From the NCBI GenBank assembly GCA_040218355.1, contig JAVJRP010000014.1, positions 80,831 to 144,830 on the forward strand: a stretch of DNA of 64,000 nt. The letters are read 5' to 3'. The DNA comes from Devosia sp. (GTDB lineage: Bacteria; Pseudomonadota; Alphaproteobacteria; Rhizobiales; Devosiaceae). This document shows positions 10,457-20,341 of the stretch, in pieces (the stretch's first letter is position 1; each line of letters begins with the position of its first letter). The notes below the pieces were generated by a model. It was not told the DNA's origin, ran no database searches, and saw only the letters and a list, made by a program, of their open reading frames with translations. The position numbers and the translations under genes were made by a program.

Positions 10457-11625
10457 GGTGTCACCGTCTTGATGACCGGACGCGGCGCCAGCACATGAGC
10501 GGTGAACAGACCCACCAGCACCAGCGGGAAGCCGACGCCGAAGGTCCATTGAATGCCGAAATGCTCGGCGATGAAGCCCAAAAGTGGCGGACCGAGCAGG
10601 AAGGCGGTGAAGGAAAACTGGGCCAATGCGGCGACATTGATGGCGGCGGGGCGGTCGGTTTGCTGCGCGGCAGCGGACATGGCCAACGGGAACAGGGCGC
10701 TGGAGCCGAAACCGATCATGGCGAAGCCGCAATAGGCGAGCAGCGCCGAGGGGGCCAGAAAGGCCAGCACCACACCGCCGCCCAGAATGGTCAGCAGGAC
10801 CCGTGCCACGGTAACCGGGCCGAAACGATCAACGAAGCCATCGGCAAAGAAGCGGGCAAAGGCCTGCGAACCGGCCACCACGGCAACGGCGATGCCGGCC
10901 CAGAACGGGGTCGCATCGAAGATGTTGCGCATATAGATGGCCGACCAGTCGATACCGGCGCCTTCCATCAGCATGGCGGAGAGACAGACGGCCACCAGCG
11001 CCATGATGGTGGCGGTGGGCCGGGCCAGGCGCGGGGTTTCATCGGTGCTGGAGCCCGTGCGATGCGCGGCGGGCTGGAACTGGCCCAGCACGATGAGCGT
11101 TGCCAGCAGCACCACAGGGATCATGATCATCAGATGCCATTGCGGCGCCAGGCCGGTGCGGGCGATGAAGGAGCCGACGATGCCGGCCGAAAAGAAGCCC
11201 AGGCTCCAAAAGGCATGGGCGCGGCTCATGATGCGGCGGCCAATGGCGTGTTCGACCCGGTCAGCCTCGATATTGATGATGATTTCGATGCAGCCAATGG
11301 TCAGCCCCACCGGCACCAGCAGCAGGAAGAAGGCCAGCGGATTGGCAGCCCAGACAGCAGCGGCAAACAGTACGGCGAGCAGCGGAATGGCGACGAGCAG
11401 AATGCGCCGATAGCCCAGAGCCTCGATGAAGCGGCCGGCAAAGGTCAGCGAAATCAGCGTGCCGACGGCCGAGCCGATCAGCGCCAGGCCAAGCTGGCCT
11501 TCGCCTACGCCCATGGCTTCCTGGATTTCAGGCAGGCGCGGAAACATGGCGCCCATGCAGAACGAATAAATGAAGAAGGCCCCGAAGACCTTGATCTGGG
11601 GCGGCAAGACAAGGCCGAATCGCAT
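10453..11625 (-). CDS. MFS transporter
   Basis: Hydrophobic 390 aa, EGAGIDWSAIYMR, DGFVDRFGP. Confidence 0.85.
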   Translation of the reverse strand: MRFGLVLPPQIKVFGAFFIYSFCMGAMFPRLPEIQEAMGVGEGQLGLALIGSAVGTLISLTFAGRFIEALGYRRILLVAIPLLAVLFAAAVWAANPLAFFLLLVPVGLTIGCIEIIINIEADRVEHAIGRRIMSRAHAFWSLGFFSAGIVGSFIARTGLAPQWHLMIMIPVVLLATLIVLGQFQPAAHRTGSSTDETPRLARPTATIMALVAVCLSAMLMEGAGIDWSAIYMRNIFDATPFWAGIAVAVVAGSQAFARFFADGFVDRFGPVTVARVLLTILGGGVVLAFLAPSALLAYCGFAMIGFGSSALFPLAMSAAAQQTDRPAAINVAALAQFSFTAFLLGPPLLGFIAEHFGIQWTFGVGFPLVLVGLFTAHVLAPRPVIKTVTP

Positions 11626-11738
11626 TTTGATAAAGTGCTCAAGGAAGGTCGATGGCCGGCACGCTAGGCCATTTCCCGGCAGGTGAGAATAGGGCGGGAA
11701 GACCGCTGGGGAGGTTTATTGCAACGTTTGCATTCCGG

Positions 11739-12296
11739 TCACACCGGCTCGGGCGCGAAATGATCGTCGCGCACCACATTGATGCCGCTGACCAGGTTGC
11801 GGACAATTTCGAGGCGGCGGAACTGACCCGAGCCGCGGCTGTTGCCGTGCCCCTGTTCGATGCCGGGACGGCCGCGCCGGTCGGGACCGAAATAGCGGGG
11901 CGTTTCGTAATAGACGAGGCTCTGCCCGACCTGCCGCGTGATCCGCTCGAGCACCCGCTTGCGCGTGAAGGGCATGGTGATGACGTCGTCAAAACCCATA
12001 TTGATGCAGCCGCTGATGGCCTCGACCGAGGGACTTTCGGAAAAATAGATCAGCGGGGAAAAGCGCAGGCGCCTCGTGGTGCTGAAGCGCACCGCCTCGG
12101 CGATGCCGCGCAGGCTTTCGAGATGTTCGGTGGCGGCGAACAGAAAAAAGCAGATCGGCGTGGTCTGGGTCTGCTGTTCGGCCTGGGCCATGGTCGAAAA
12201 CGGGCTGACCCCGGCAAAGCCCAGCCCCCGCGCCAGATCGAGAAGGGCCGTACCCGGACCATTTTCAGGGCCGACAACATAGGCGTATGCGCGCAT
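11739..12296 (-). CDS. Atypical receiver-like protein with YFGPDRR motif (Cle-like)
   Basis: Degenerate REC-like region (GFDDVITMPF) followed by YFGPDRR arginine-rich segment. Confidence 0.6.
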   Translation of the reverse strand: MRAYAYVVGPENGPGTALLDLARGLGFAGVSPFSTMAQAEQQTQTTPICFFLFAATEHLESLRGIAEAVRFSTTRRLRFSPLIYFSESPSVEAISGCINMGFDDVITMPFTRKRVLERITRQVGQSLVYYETPRYFGPDRRGRPGIEQGHGNSRGSGQFRRLEIVRNLVSGINVVRDDHFAPEPV

Positions 12297-12386
12297 GGCA
12301 TCGCTCTCAATTATTTCCTGCGTCCGGCGCGAATACTAAGACAAAGCTGCTAACACACCGCTAATGCGCGATATTTTCTCAATGCT

Positions 12387-13256
12387 TTAGCCAGCAATGC
12401 GCTCACCGCGAAACAGGGGGCCCTGCTCGCGCATCAGGGCGGCGATGCGCTCGGTGACGGTGCGCACCGCCGGGGTATGGCGCTCTTCATGGTGGCAGAC
12501 CAGCCATTGCTCGGTTTCGAGCTCGGGGATGGTGCCGGCCATGCGCGACAGGCGCGGATCGGCATCGCCGACAAAGCAGGGAAAGACCGACATGCCGGCT
12601 CCCGCCGCGACCAGTTCGAGCACGCTCATGGCGTCATTGCCGCGGGTGGCGATGCGGTCGCCATGGCGGGCATGCAGCCAGCGGGCCGAATGGGTCTGGC
12701 TGCTGTCTCCAGCCACGCCGACGAAGTAACCGGCAGCAACGCCACTGATCAGTTCGGGGCGGGCATAGAGCCCATAGGCCACCTTGCCGACCAACCGTCC
12801 GGCCAGCCATTGCTCGGTCGGCCGCTGGTTGCGAATGCCGATATCGGCGTGGCGGCGGCCGATATCGACCTTGTGGCTGGCAGTGACCAGTTCGACGCCG
12901 AAGCGGTCCGCCGCAGTCCAGATCTGGCCGATATGGCGGGCGATGAAGGCCGAGGTCCAGGGCCCGGCGGAGACGCGCACCACGCGCTCGCCGATGGATC
13001 CGTCCTTCCAGCGTCGGAGCGAGAGCATGGCGGCCTCGACCTCCTCGGCGCGCAACAGCAATTCCTCACCCGCCGGGGTCAGGGCGTAGCCAGTCTGGCT
13101 GCGCAAAAACAGGGCCTCGCCGATCTGATGCTCAAGGGCGGTGACGCGGCGGCCCAGCGTGGCGGCGGAGAGGCCCGTGGTCTTGGTGGCAGCGCTGAGG
13201 CCACCGAGCCGGGCGACGTCGAGAAACAGCCGCAGATCGTCCCAGGAGAAATCCAT
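12387..13256 (-). CDS. LysR family transcriptional regulator
   Basis: WDDLRLFLDVARLGGLSAA HTH, 289 aa. Confidence 0.92.
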   Translation of the reverse strand: MDFSWDDLRLFLDVARLGGLSAATKTTGLSAATLGRRVTALEHQIGEALFLRSQTGYALTPAGEELLLRAEEVEAAMLSLRRWKDGSIGERVVRVSAGPWTSAFIARHIGQIWTAADRFGVELVTASHKVDIGRRHADIGIRNQRPTEQWLAGRLVGKVAYGLYARPELISGVAAGYFVGVAGDSSQTHSARWLHARHGDRIATRGNDAMSVLELVAAGAGMSVFPCFVGDADPRLSRMAGTIPELETEQWLVCHHEERHTPAVRTVTERIAALMREQGPLFRGERIAG

Positions 13257-13438
13257 TTTTCATTCCTGCAAAGCACGTTTCGACATCTAGCGTAGCGTAC
13301 AGACCAACATTTGCGCAATATTTGTCTCGCCGCCTCGCAGGATGAGGTGAAGTTAATCGCCTGTAGCACCACGAATGCAACGCCGGATTCAGAGTCTGGC
13401 GACCGGTGGCTGCATGGCCATTTCGAGGAGACGAGACG

Positions 13439-13603
13439 ATGTTCGAACCCATCAGACGCCGGCTGCATGCCTGGCATATGCGCAACTATACCCGCCGCCG
13501 CCTCGCCATGCTGGATAGCCGGATATTGGCCGATCTGGGCATTGAGCGCGACCAGATCGATGACGTGATCGCCCGCATTGACATTGAGGGAGACCGCAAA
13601 TGA
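13439..13603 (+). CDS. DUF1127 small protein
   Basis: TRRRLAMLDSRILADLGIERDQI; GAGGAG RBS. Confidence 0.85.
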   Translation: MFEPIRRRLHAWHMRNYTRRRLAMLDSRILADLGIERDQIDDVIARIDIEGDRK

Positions 13604-14595
13604 TGGCGCAACGAGAGTTTGGGCGCACCGGCCGCATGGCCGGTGCCATTGGCCTGGGCTGCTGGGCGATTGGCGGGCATTTTACCCTGGATGGCCGCAA
13701 TGATGGCTGGGGCGATGTAGATGATGCCCAATCGATCCGCGCCTTGCAGATTGCGCTCGATCTGGGCGCCAACCTGTTCGACAGCGCCGATGCCTATGGC
13801 ACCGGCCATAGCGAGCGGGTGCTGGGCGCCGCGCTCAAGAGCCGCCGGGACGAAGCCGTCATCGCCACCAAATTCGGCTTTACCTATGACGAGGCCAAGC
13901 GCGCCTTGCTCTCGATCGATGTGAGCCCCAGCTACATCGACTGGGCCAATGCGCAATCGCTCAAGCGGTTGGGGGTCGAGCAGATCGATCTCTACCAGAT
14001 CCATCCGGGCGAGCTGACCGAGGATCAGGCCGATGCGACCGCCGAGGCGCTGGAGAAACTGGCCCAGGCCGGACGGATCAGGGCCTGGGGCTGGAGCACC
14101 GACAATGCACAGGCCGCGCGGCGGATGCTGGAATATCCGCATTTCGCGGCGGTACAGCAGGAGCTCAACGTGCTGCATGACGGGCCGGAGATGCTGGCCT
14201 TGTGTGCCGAAATGGGGCTGGCCAGCCTTAATCGTTCGCCATTGGCGATGGGCCTGCTCTCGGGCAAGTTCAGTGCCGCGAGCCGCCTGCCGGGCAGCGA
14301 TGTGCGCGGCGCCGGCCATTCATGGGTCAAGCATTTCAAGGATGGCACACCGACGCCGGAAGCACTGGCCCGGCTCGAGGCCTTGCGTGACCTCTTGACC
14401 AGCGGCGGACGGACGCCGGCGCAGGGCGCGCTGGGGTGGATCCTGGCGCGCTCGGCCCACACCTTCCCCATTCCCGGCTTCAAGACCGAGGCCCAGGTGC
14501 GCGACAATCTCGGCGCTTTGGAAAAAGGCCCGCTGCCGGCCGCAGTGATGGCGGAAATTGATGCAGTTCTGCACGCAGAGATGACGGAGGCTTGA
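13600..14595 (+). CDS. Aldo/keto reductase
   Basis: IGLGCWAIGG, FDSADAYG.GHSE, IDLYQIH. Confidence 0.9.
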   Translation: MMAQREFGRTGRMAGAIGLGCWAIGGHFTLDGRNDGWGDVDDAQSIRALQIALDLGANLFDSADAYGTGHSERVLGAALKSRRDEAVIATKFGFTYDEAKRALLSIDVSPSYIDWANAQSLKRLGVEQIDLYQIHPGELTEDQADATAEALEKLAQAGRIRAWGWSTDNAQAARRMLEYPHFAAVQQELNVLHDGPEMLALCAEMGLASLNRSPLAMGLLSGKFSAASRLPGSDVRGAGHSWVKHFKDGTPTPEALARLEALRDLLTSGGRTPAQGALGWILARSAHTFPIPGFKTEAQVRDNLGALEKGPLPAAVMAEIDAVLHAEMTEA

Positions 14596-14597
14596 GA

Positions 14598-15563
14598 ATG
14601 AAAAATGCGCAATTGGGACGCTTTGGAGCGGTGAGCCGACTGACATTGGGTGGCGGCGGGATCGGGCAGGTCTGGGGCCCGACGTCCGAGGATGAGGCGG
14701 TGGCCACCTTGCGGGCGGCGGTCGATGCCGGGATCACGCTGCTCGACGCCGCGCCGGGTTACATGATCTGCGAAGCGATGATCGGACGGGCTTTCGAGGG
14801 CAAACTGCCCGACGGTGTCCGGGTGACTACAAAATGCGGCCTGGGCACGGTGGCGCCGGACCAAGCCTATGCGCGGCTCAGGGCGTCGCTGGAGAAAAGT
14901 CTTTCCGCCATGCGGATCGAGCGGGTCGACATGATGCTGCTACATTCGGAAATCCGGCCCGATGATTTCGAGTATCCGCCGGGCCAGCCGCCAAAGGATG
15001 AGCGTTCGACCGCGCTGACCTTTTATCGTGAGGCGGTACGTCCGGCCTTTGCGCAGCTGGTCAGAGACGGGCTGATTGGCGATTGGGGCATTACCGGGAT
15101 CAACCATGCCGCAGCCACCATTGACGCGCTGTCCGAAGACCCTCTCCCCGCCGCCGTGCAGGCGATTGCCAATCTGCTCGACAGTCCCGGCGCGATGAAT
15201 GGCACCGGGCTGGCGCCGCGCCCTCGCGACGTCATTGCCGCTGCCGGCGCAGCCGGCGTGGGGGTGATGGGGGTCCGCGCGGTGCAGGCCGGCGCCCTGA
15301 CCGAGAGCTTTGACCGGCCGGACACGCATGGACCCGACCGCGATGACCATGCCCGTGCCAAACCTTACCGCGCGCTGTGCCGGCAATGGGGCGCGTCTCC
15401 GGCGCTGATCGCGCACCGCTATGCGCTGGGCATTGCCGGGGTCGATACGCTGGTGCTGGGGGTGAAGAACCGGGCCGAACTCGATGAGGCGGTGGCGGCC
15501 GAGACCCTGGGCCCGCTGGAGGCCGAACAGGTCGCGGCCATCGAGGCGCTGGGGCTGCGCTGA
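14598..15563 (+). CDS. Aldo/keto reductase
   Basis: LTLGGGG, LLDAAPGY, TTKCG, LVLGVKN. Confidence 0.85.
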   Translation: MKNAQLGRFGAVSRLTLGGGGIGQVWGPTSEDEAVATLRAAVDAGITLLDAAPGYMICEAMIGRAFEGKLPDGVRVTTKCGLGTVAPDQAYARLRASLEKSLSAMRIERVDMMLLHSEIRPDDFEYPPGQPPKDERSTALTFYREAVRPAFAQLVRDGLIGDWGITGINHAAATIDALSEDPLPAAVQAIANLLDSPGAMNGTGLAPRPRDVIAAAGAAGVGVMGVRAVQAGALTESFDRPDTHGPDRDDHARAKPYRALCRQWGASPALIAHRYALGIAGVDTLVLGVKNRAELDEAVAAETLGPLEAEQVAAIEALGLR

Positions 15564-15566
15564 GAC

Positions 15567-15597
15567 AAAAAAGGGCCGCCCCGAAGGCGGCCCTTTT
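15567..15597. terminator. Bidirectional intrinsic terminator
   Basis: AAAAGGGCCGCC-CCGAA-GGCGGCCCTTTT between convergent genes. Confidence 0.85.
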
Positions 15598-15621
15598 CAT
15601 CCCGGAAGACGGGTGAATATC

Positions 15622-15978
15622 TTAGCGCTGCGCGATGCAGACAGAGGTGACGCCCTTGTTCTGGAAACCCAGAGCTGCGGCGGCCCCCTTGGAGAGGTCG
15701 ATGATGCGCTTGCCCACGAAGGGGCCGCGATCGTTGATGGTGACTTCCACGGACTTGCCGGTGGACTGGTCGGTCACCTCGACCTTGGTGCCGAAGGGCA
15801 GGGTGCGATGGGCGGCGGTCATGGCGTTCTGGTCGAACACCTGGCCGGAGGCGGACGTCTTGCCGTGAAATCCCGGGCCATACCAGGAGGCGCCGCCGCA
15901 CTGGGCATAGGCTGCAGAAGAAGAGATGATGAGGAGGGCGGCGGCCGAAGCGGCGGCGATTGCGGTACGCTTAGTCAA
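15622..15978 (-). CDS. rlpA: RlpA family lytic transglycosylase (DPBB domain)
   Basis: ASWYG...TASG...[11 protein letters not shown]...INDRGPF...IIDLS. Confidence 0.9.
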   Translation of the reverse strand: MTKRTAIAAASAAALLIISSSAAYAQCGGASWYGPGFHGKTSASGQVFDQNAMTAAHRTLPFGTKVEVTDQSTGKSVEVTINDRGPFVGKRIIDLSKGAAAALGFQNKGVTSVCIAQR

Positions 15979-16371
15979 TGGTCTTGGGGCTCACTGAAGT
16001 TTTCGATGCCGCTTCAATAGAGGCAGCGCCCGCCCGAATCTGGGCCGTTTGGGTTCCCTGCGACGTCCCGCCCCAGTTTGTGGCCGCTCTGCCGCAGGTT
16101 TCCAAAGCCTTGCCGCAGCGGCCGCAGCGCAAGATTGCGTAAACCTTAGAAACTGAATCCACAGATTTGCGCGCTTCGCGTCATGTCGCGGCCCAAATGG
16201 GGGTGTGGGAGGTATCGATTTGCCCGGTGTGGCCATGCGGCAACGGTTCCGGCAAACCAGACATCAGGGCCCGATTTGATGGCGGCACTGACAGGCATTT
16301 GGGGCTGGCCGCATCCCTGCCGGGCGCGAATGGGGCATCAATGTGGCCGGTACAGCGGCTTTGAGACAAAG

Positions 16372-16399
16372 AAAAAGGCGATGGCCGGAAGCCATCGCC
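16372..16399 (-). terminator. Intrinsic terminator after peroxiredoxin
   Basis: GGCGATGGC-TTCCG-GCCATCGCC-TTTTT on minus strand. Confidence 0.7.
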
Positions 16400-16436
16400 C
16401 AGTTGGTCAGGGAGAGAAACGAAGAATGTGGTGCGA

Positions 16437-17072
16437 TCAGCCTTGGGGCTGGGGCACGATGCGCAGATAAGGCTTGAGCTCTTTCCAGCCGCCCGGGAAC
16501 TTGTCCTTGGCCGCTTCATTGGAGACCGCCGGGACGATGATCACGTCTTCGCCATTCTTCCAGTTCACCGGCGTGGCGACCTGATGCCTGGCGGTCAATT
16601 GCAGGCTGTCGATGACGCGCAGGATCTCATCGAAATTGCGGCCAGTGGAGGCAGGGTATTCGATCTTGAGCTTGACCTTCTTGTCCGGCCCGATGACGAA
16701 GAGCGAGCGGACAGTCAGCGTATTGTCGGCATTGGGGTGGATCATCTCGTACTTGCGCGCGACTTCGCCCTGCGTATCGGCGAGGAGCGGGAAATTGAGG
16801 GCCGAGCCCTGAGTTTCCTCGATGTCCTTGGCCCAGCCGGCGTGATCTTCGAGCTTGTCGACGGACAGGCCGAGTACCTTGACGCCGCGCTTGGCGAATT
16901 CGTCCTTGAGCTTGGCGGTGTAGCCCAATTCGGTGGTGCAGACCGGGGTGAAGTTCTTGGGGTGGCTGAACAGCACCGCCCAGGAGCCTTCGATGAAATC
17001 GTGGAAGTGAATGGTGCCCTCGGTGGATTCGAGGGTGAAGTCCGGGGCGGTATCGCCAATCAGGATTGCCAT
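16437..17072 (-). CDS. 1-Cys peroxiredoxin (Prx6 type)
   Basis: FSHPKNFTPVCTTELG, YPASTGRNFDEILRVIDSLQLT. Confidence 0.92.
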   Translation of the reverse strand: MAILIGDTAPDFTLESTEGTIHFHDFIEGSWAVLFSHPKNFTPVCTTELGYTAKLKDEFAKRGVKVLGLSVDKLEDHAGWAKDIEETQGSALNFPLLADTQGEVARKYEMIHPNADNTLTVRSLFVIGPDKKVKLKIEYPASTGRNFDEILRVIDSLQLTARHQVATPVNWKNGEDVIIVPAVSNEAAKDKFPGGWKELKPYLRIVPQPQG

Positions 17073-17242
17073 GGTCGTCTTCCTCTGCCCGCGCTGTCGC
17101 AGGTCTGCTGTCTGTTGTGATGAGTAGAATATCGTGCTGATGCCCCCCGATTGAAGCGGAGGCAAGCGGAATGGTTTTGCCTTGTTCAGGCCCATTCAGG
17201 CAAGCCGTTGCCGTTGCGATCTGTGGATCGAAATGGGGCCTG

Positions 17243-17446
17243 TCAGCCCAACAGGGCGATGAGGCGGTTCGGCACGGCCGGATTTTGCAGCAGCAGGATC
17301 GCGCCAAAGGGGATGGCGGCGAAGACTATGGCCGCAGACGGGCTGGCCTTGAGCAGCCGGGCGATCATATAGATCGAAAGGCCGAAGGTGGCATTGAGCA
17401 GCAGATCGGCCGCATTATCAGACAGATAGGCGAGCAAACCCGACAT
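17243..17446 (-). CDS. Small hypothetical membrane protein
   Basis: GGGAGG RBS, two hydrophobic segments, 67 aa. Confidence 0.5.
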   Translation of the reverse strand: MSGLLAYLSDNAADLLLNATFGLSIYMIARLLKASPSAAIVFAAIPFGAILLLQNPAVPNRLIALLG

Positions 17447-17546
17447 GAACCCCTCCCGGGACATCGACTGCACGAGAAGCTTGGCACCGACTCGTTGCGC
17501 GGTCGTGGCGGGTTTGACGGTGTTTTAATTCAAACTGTATCGAGTG

Positions 17547-18074
17547 CTACTGCACCAGGACCGAGCCTTCGACGGCCGGTTCCGGCGTGGGCGCGCCATT
17601 TTCCCAAGTCACATCGAGCCCGTTGAGAGGCACTACGGACAGGCTCATCTTGCCCGAGCCCTGCTGGATCTGGCGGGCATGGGCCAGATAGACCAGCGCG
17701 TTGTTGGCCGCGTCATAGATGCGGGTGACGCGCAGCGACTTCCAGATCAGCGAGCGGCCTTCGCGGAAGATCTCTTCGCCGGCGCCGCGGGTGGCAATGT
17801 CGCCCACCGTGATCGGGCCGACCGCCGAGCAATCGAGTGCCGAATAGGAGGGGTCTTCGAACCAGTTGCCCTGGCTCAGCCGATCGATGAAGGAGCGATT
17901 GAAGAAGGAGAGGTGACACACCACGCCTTCGATATCGGGATCGGCCAGCGCCTCGATCGAAATGTCATTGCCAGTCCAGTCGACCCCGACATTGCCCACT
18001 TCGTTGCGATTGCCACAGGCGGCAAGGGAAATGGCCGCGACGGCGACGATGGCAAGGCGGGCGATGGGATGCAT
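17547..18074 (-). CDS. creA: CreA family lipoprotein
   Basis: Lipobox LAAC, DPDIEGVVCH, FEDPS, RIYDAANNALVYL. Confidence 0.8.
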   Translation of the reverse strand: MHPIARLAIVAVAAISLAACGNRNEVGNVGVDWTGNDISIEALADPDIEGVVCHLSFFNRSFIDRLSQGNWFEDPSYSALDCSAVGPITVGDIATRGAGEEIFREGRSLIWKSLRVTRIYDAANNALVYLAHARQIQQGSGKMSLSVVPLNGLDVTWENGAPTPEPAVEGSVLVQ

Positions 18075-18143
18075 GGGGGTCCTCCGGCTGACCGGATCAA
18101 GATGGTGGGTCGCGGCGCCCGGTGCAAGATGACCGCGCAAATC

Positions 18144-18962
18144 CTAACGCACGACCCGTCCGTCCATAACCTTTTCCAGCCAGCGCACCAGCAAGGAAAG
18201 CGAGATGGTCATGGTGAGGTAGAGGAAGGCGACGACATTGTAGGTCTCGAAGAACAGGAAGCTCGAACTGGCCGAGAGCTTGCCCAATTGGGTGATGTCC
18301 TGCACGCCGAGCGCCGAGACAAGGGCGCTGTCCTTGACCATGGAGACGAAATCATTGCCCAGCGGGGGCAGAATAGTGCGCAGGGCCTGGGGGAAGATGA
18401 TGTGGCGGAAGCAATGCCAGCGGGAAAGGCCCAGCGAGCGGGCCGCCTCGATCTGGCCGCGCCCCACCGCCTCAATGCCGGCGCGGAAGATTTCGGCAAT
18501 GAAGGCGGAATAGCACACGGTCAGCGCGAAAATGGCGCGCCAGACAAAATCGAAACCGCGCACGGTGGCCGGGGCCACAAGGCCCCAATCAATCAGCGGG
18601 GCGAAGACCCAGTTGAAACCGGCCACCATGGCCGGCGCCGCAACAAAGGCGATGTAGAACAGAAACACCAGAATGGGGATGCCGCGAATGATCTCGACAT
18701 AAAAGGTCGCGATCTCGCGCAGCACCCGATTGCCCGAAGTGCGTGCCAGGGCGATCAGCAGACCCAGCGCGGTGGCGGCGACAAAGGCCAGGATGGTGAC
18801 CCAGAGCGTTGTCAGCACACCGCCCGAGAGGGTGCGGAAGATCGAAGCATAGGTGCCGTTGGTGGTGATGGCCCACAGGCCCAGCACGAAAAGCAGGCCG
18901 ATGGCCAGCAGCCACCAGGGCATGCGCGAGAGGATGGAGGGACGGCGGGGCTGGTAGGTCAT
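18144..18962 (-). CDS. Polar amino-acid ABC transporter permease
   Basis: YVEIIRGIP, AEIFRAGIEAVGRGQIEAARSLG. Confidence 0.9.
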   Translation of the reverse strand: MTYQPRRPSILSRMPWWLLAIGLLFVLGLWAITTNGTYASIFRTLSGGVLTTLWVTILAFVAATALGLLIALARTSGNRVLREIATFYVEIIRGIPILVFLFYIAFVAAPAMVAGFNWVFAPLIDWGLVAPATVRGFDFVWRAIFALTVCYSAFIAEIFRAGIEAVGRGQIEAARSLGLSRWHCFRHIIFPQALRTILPPLGNDFVSMVKDSALVSALGVQDITQLGKLSASSSFLFFETYNVVAFLYLTMTISLSLLVRWLEKVMDGRVVR

Positions 18963-19047
18963 GGGCCGGATGTTGTCACAAACGCGATGCGACACCTCCC
19001 CCTAGACGGGGGAGCGTGTCAACCGAGCGCTCGACAAGGTCTGCGGG

Positions 19048-19836
19048 TTACTCAGCCGCGTATTCGAAGAACCAGTAATTGATGCGTTCGTCGAGCCAGC
19101 CTTCGTCGCGAAGCTGGGCGAGGGCCGCGTTGACGGGTTCGACCAGGTCCGAGCCGGGGGTAAGGATGAAGCCGAAGGGGTCGGACTTGATGGCTTCGCC
19201 CGCCTGTTTGAACGATCCCGGATCGGCACCGATATAGCCCGCAGAAGCGGCCTGGTCGGCGATTACCGCGTCGACATCACCCGATTTGACGGCCTGTACG
19301 GCGGCGCCGAAGCTGTCGAAGGTCTTGACCCGCGGATTGGCCTCGTCGCCATCGAGCACATCATAAATGGCGGTGTAGAACGAGGACGTGCCGGCCTGAG
19401 CGCCGAACAGCAGATCGGTGTTGTCGGCAAAGCTTTGCGGCCCCGTGATGCGCGCCTCGTCCGCACGCACCAGGAAATATTGCTCGACGGTGATGAAGGG
19501 ATCGGTGAAGTCGATCTGTTCTTCACGCTCCTCGGTGATGGTGATGCCATCAGCGCCGATGTCGAACTGGCCGGTGCGCACGCTTTCGATCATCACGTCC
19601 CAGGCGGTCAGATCCCATTCGACCTCTGCGTTGAGGCGCTTGGCGACCTCGTTGATGACGTCATATTCAAGCCCGATACCCTCTCCGTCAGGACCGGCGA
19701 AGTTGAGCGGGTAATAGGCGTTTTCGGTGACCGCATGGATGACCCGGCCTTCGAGGTCGGGCAAGTCCTGGGCGGCGGCCGGCAGGGCAAAGGCAGCCAG
19801 CGCGGCGCCGGCGAGCAGAAGTGAAGTGATACGCAT
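19048..19836 (-). CDS. Polar amino-acid ABC substrate-binding protein
   Basis: Signal peptide, GITITEEREEQIDFTDPF (SBP family 3). Confidence 0.9.
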   Translation of the reverse strand: MRITSLLLAGAALAAFALPAAAQDLPDLEGRVIHAVTENAYYPLNFAGPDGEGIGLEYDVINEVAKRLNAEVEWDLTAWDVMIESVRTGQFDIGADGITITEEREEQIDFTDPFITVEQYFLVRADEARITGPQSFADNTDLLFGAQAGTSSFYTAIYDVLDGDEANPRVKTFDSFGAAVQAVKSGDVDAVIADQAASAGYIGADPGSFKQAGEAIKSDPFGFILTPGSDLVEPVNAALAQLRDEGWLDERINYWFFEYAAE

Positions 19837-19905
19837 GGTGTTGGCGTCTCCCGGACAGGTTTCGCCGGGAGACTAATGCAAGCGGCCCGGCTTTGGGAAT
19901 GGGCG

Positions 19906-20274
19906 TCAGGCCTGGTCGTTGACCTCGGCGCCCGGACCGTTGGTCTTGAGTGAGTCGATGGCGTTCTTGGCCGAAGCCTTGGAGGCGTAGGTTTCGGTGC
20001 GGGCCATGGTCTCGCCATTGGAGGCGACGAAGCGCACGAAATGCTGGCCGTCCTTGGATTCAACGATCTCGAAGCGATAGCCAGAGCCCTCTTCGCCCTT
20101 GGACAGATCGACCGTGATGGCATCGGGCGCGTTCTTCTTGAGCGACTCGATACCGTTCTGGGCGCTGGCCTTCTGCTTGTAGTTCTCCGACCAGAAGATC
20201 TTTTCAGAATTATAGGAAAAGTCGAACTTGAACTGATCGTTGGCGGCAGGGGTGATGTTGAACTTATGTGCCAT
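19906..20274 (-). CDS. yegP: YegP family protein (two DUF1508 repeats)
   Basis: SENYKQKASAQNGIESLK / TETYASKASAKNAIDSLK internal repeat. Confidence 0.8.
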   Translation of the reverse strand: MAHKFNITPAANDQFKFDFSYNSEKIFWSENYKQKASAQNGIESLKKNAPDAITVDLSKGEEGSGYRFEIVESKDGQHFVRFVASNGETMARTETYASKASAKNAIDSLKTNGPGAEVNDQA

Positions 20275-20341
20275 GACGCAGGCCTCCCAAGCTGGCAGTG
20301 ATGGGCAGAGACTAACCTACTGAGAGGAATTGAAAAGCCTT

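Noticed and set aside
12350-12364. CtrA site (CTAA-N7-CTAA) upstream of the Cle-like gene; similar TCAA-N7-TTAA at 37260-37274
   Set aside because: Mismatched to TTAA-N7-TTAA; too weak to call from sequence alone.
18144-19836. Amino-acid ABC system lacking an ATPase
   Set aside because: ATPase sharing from another locus is common; not informative.
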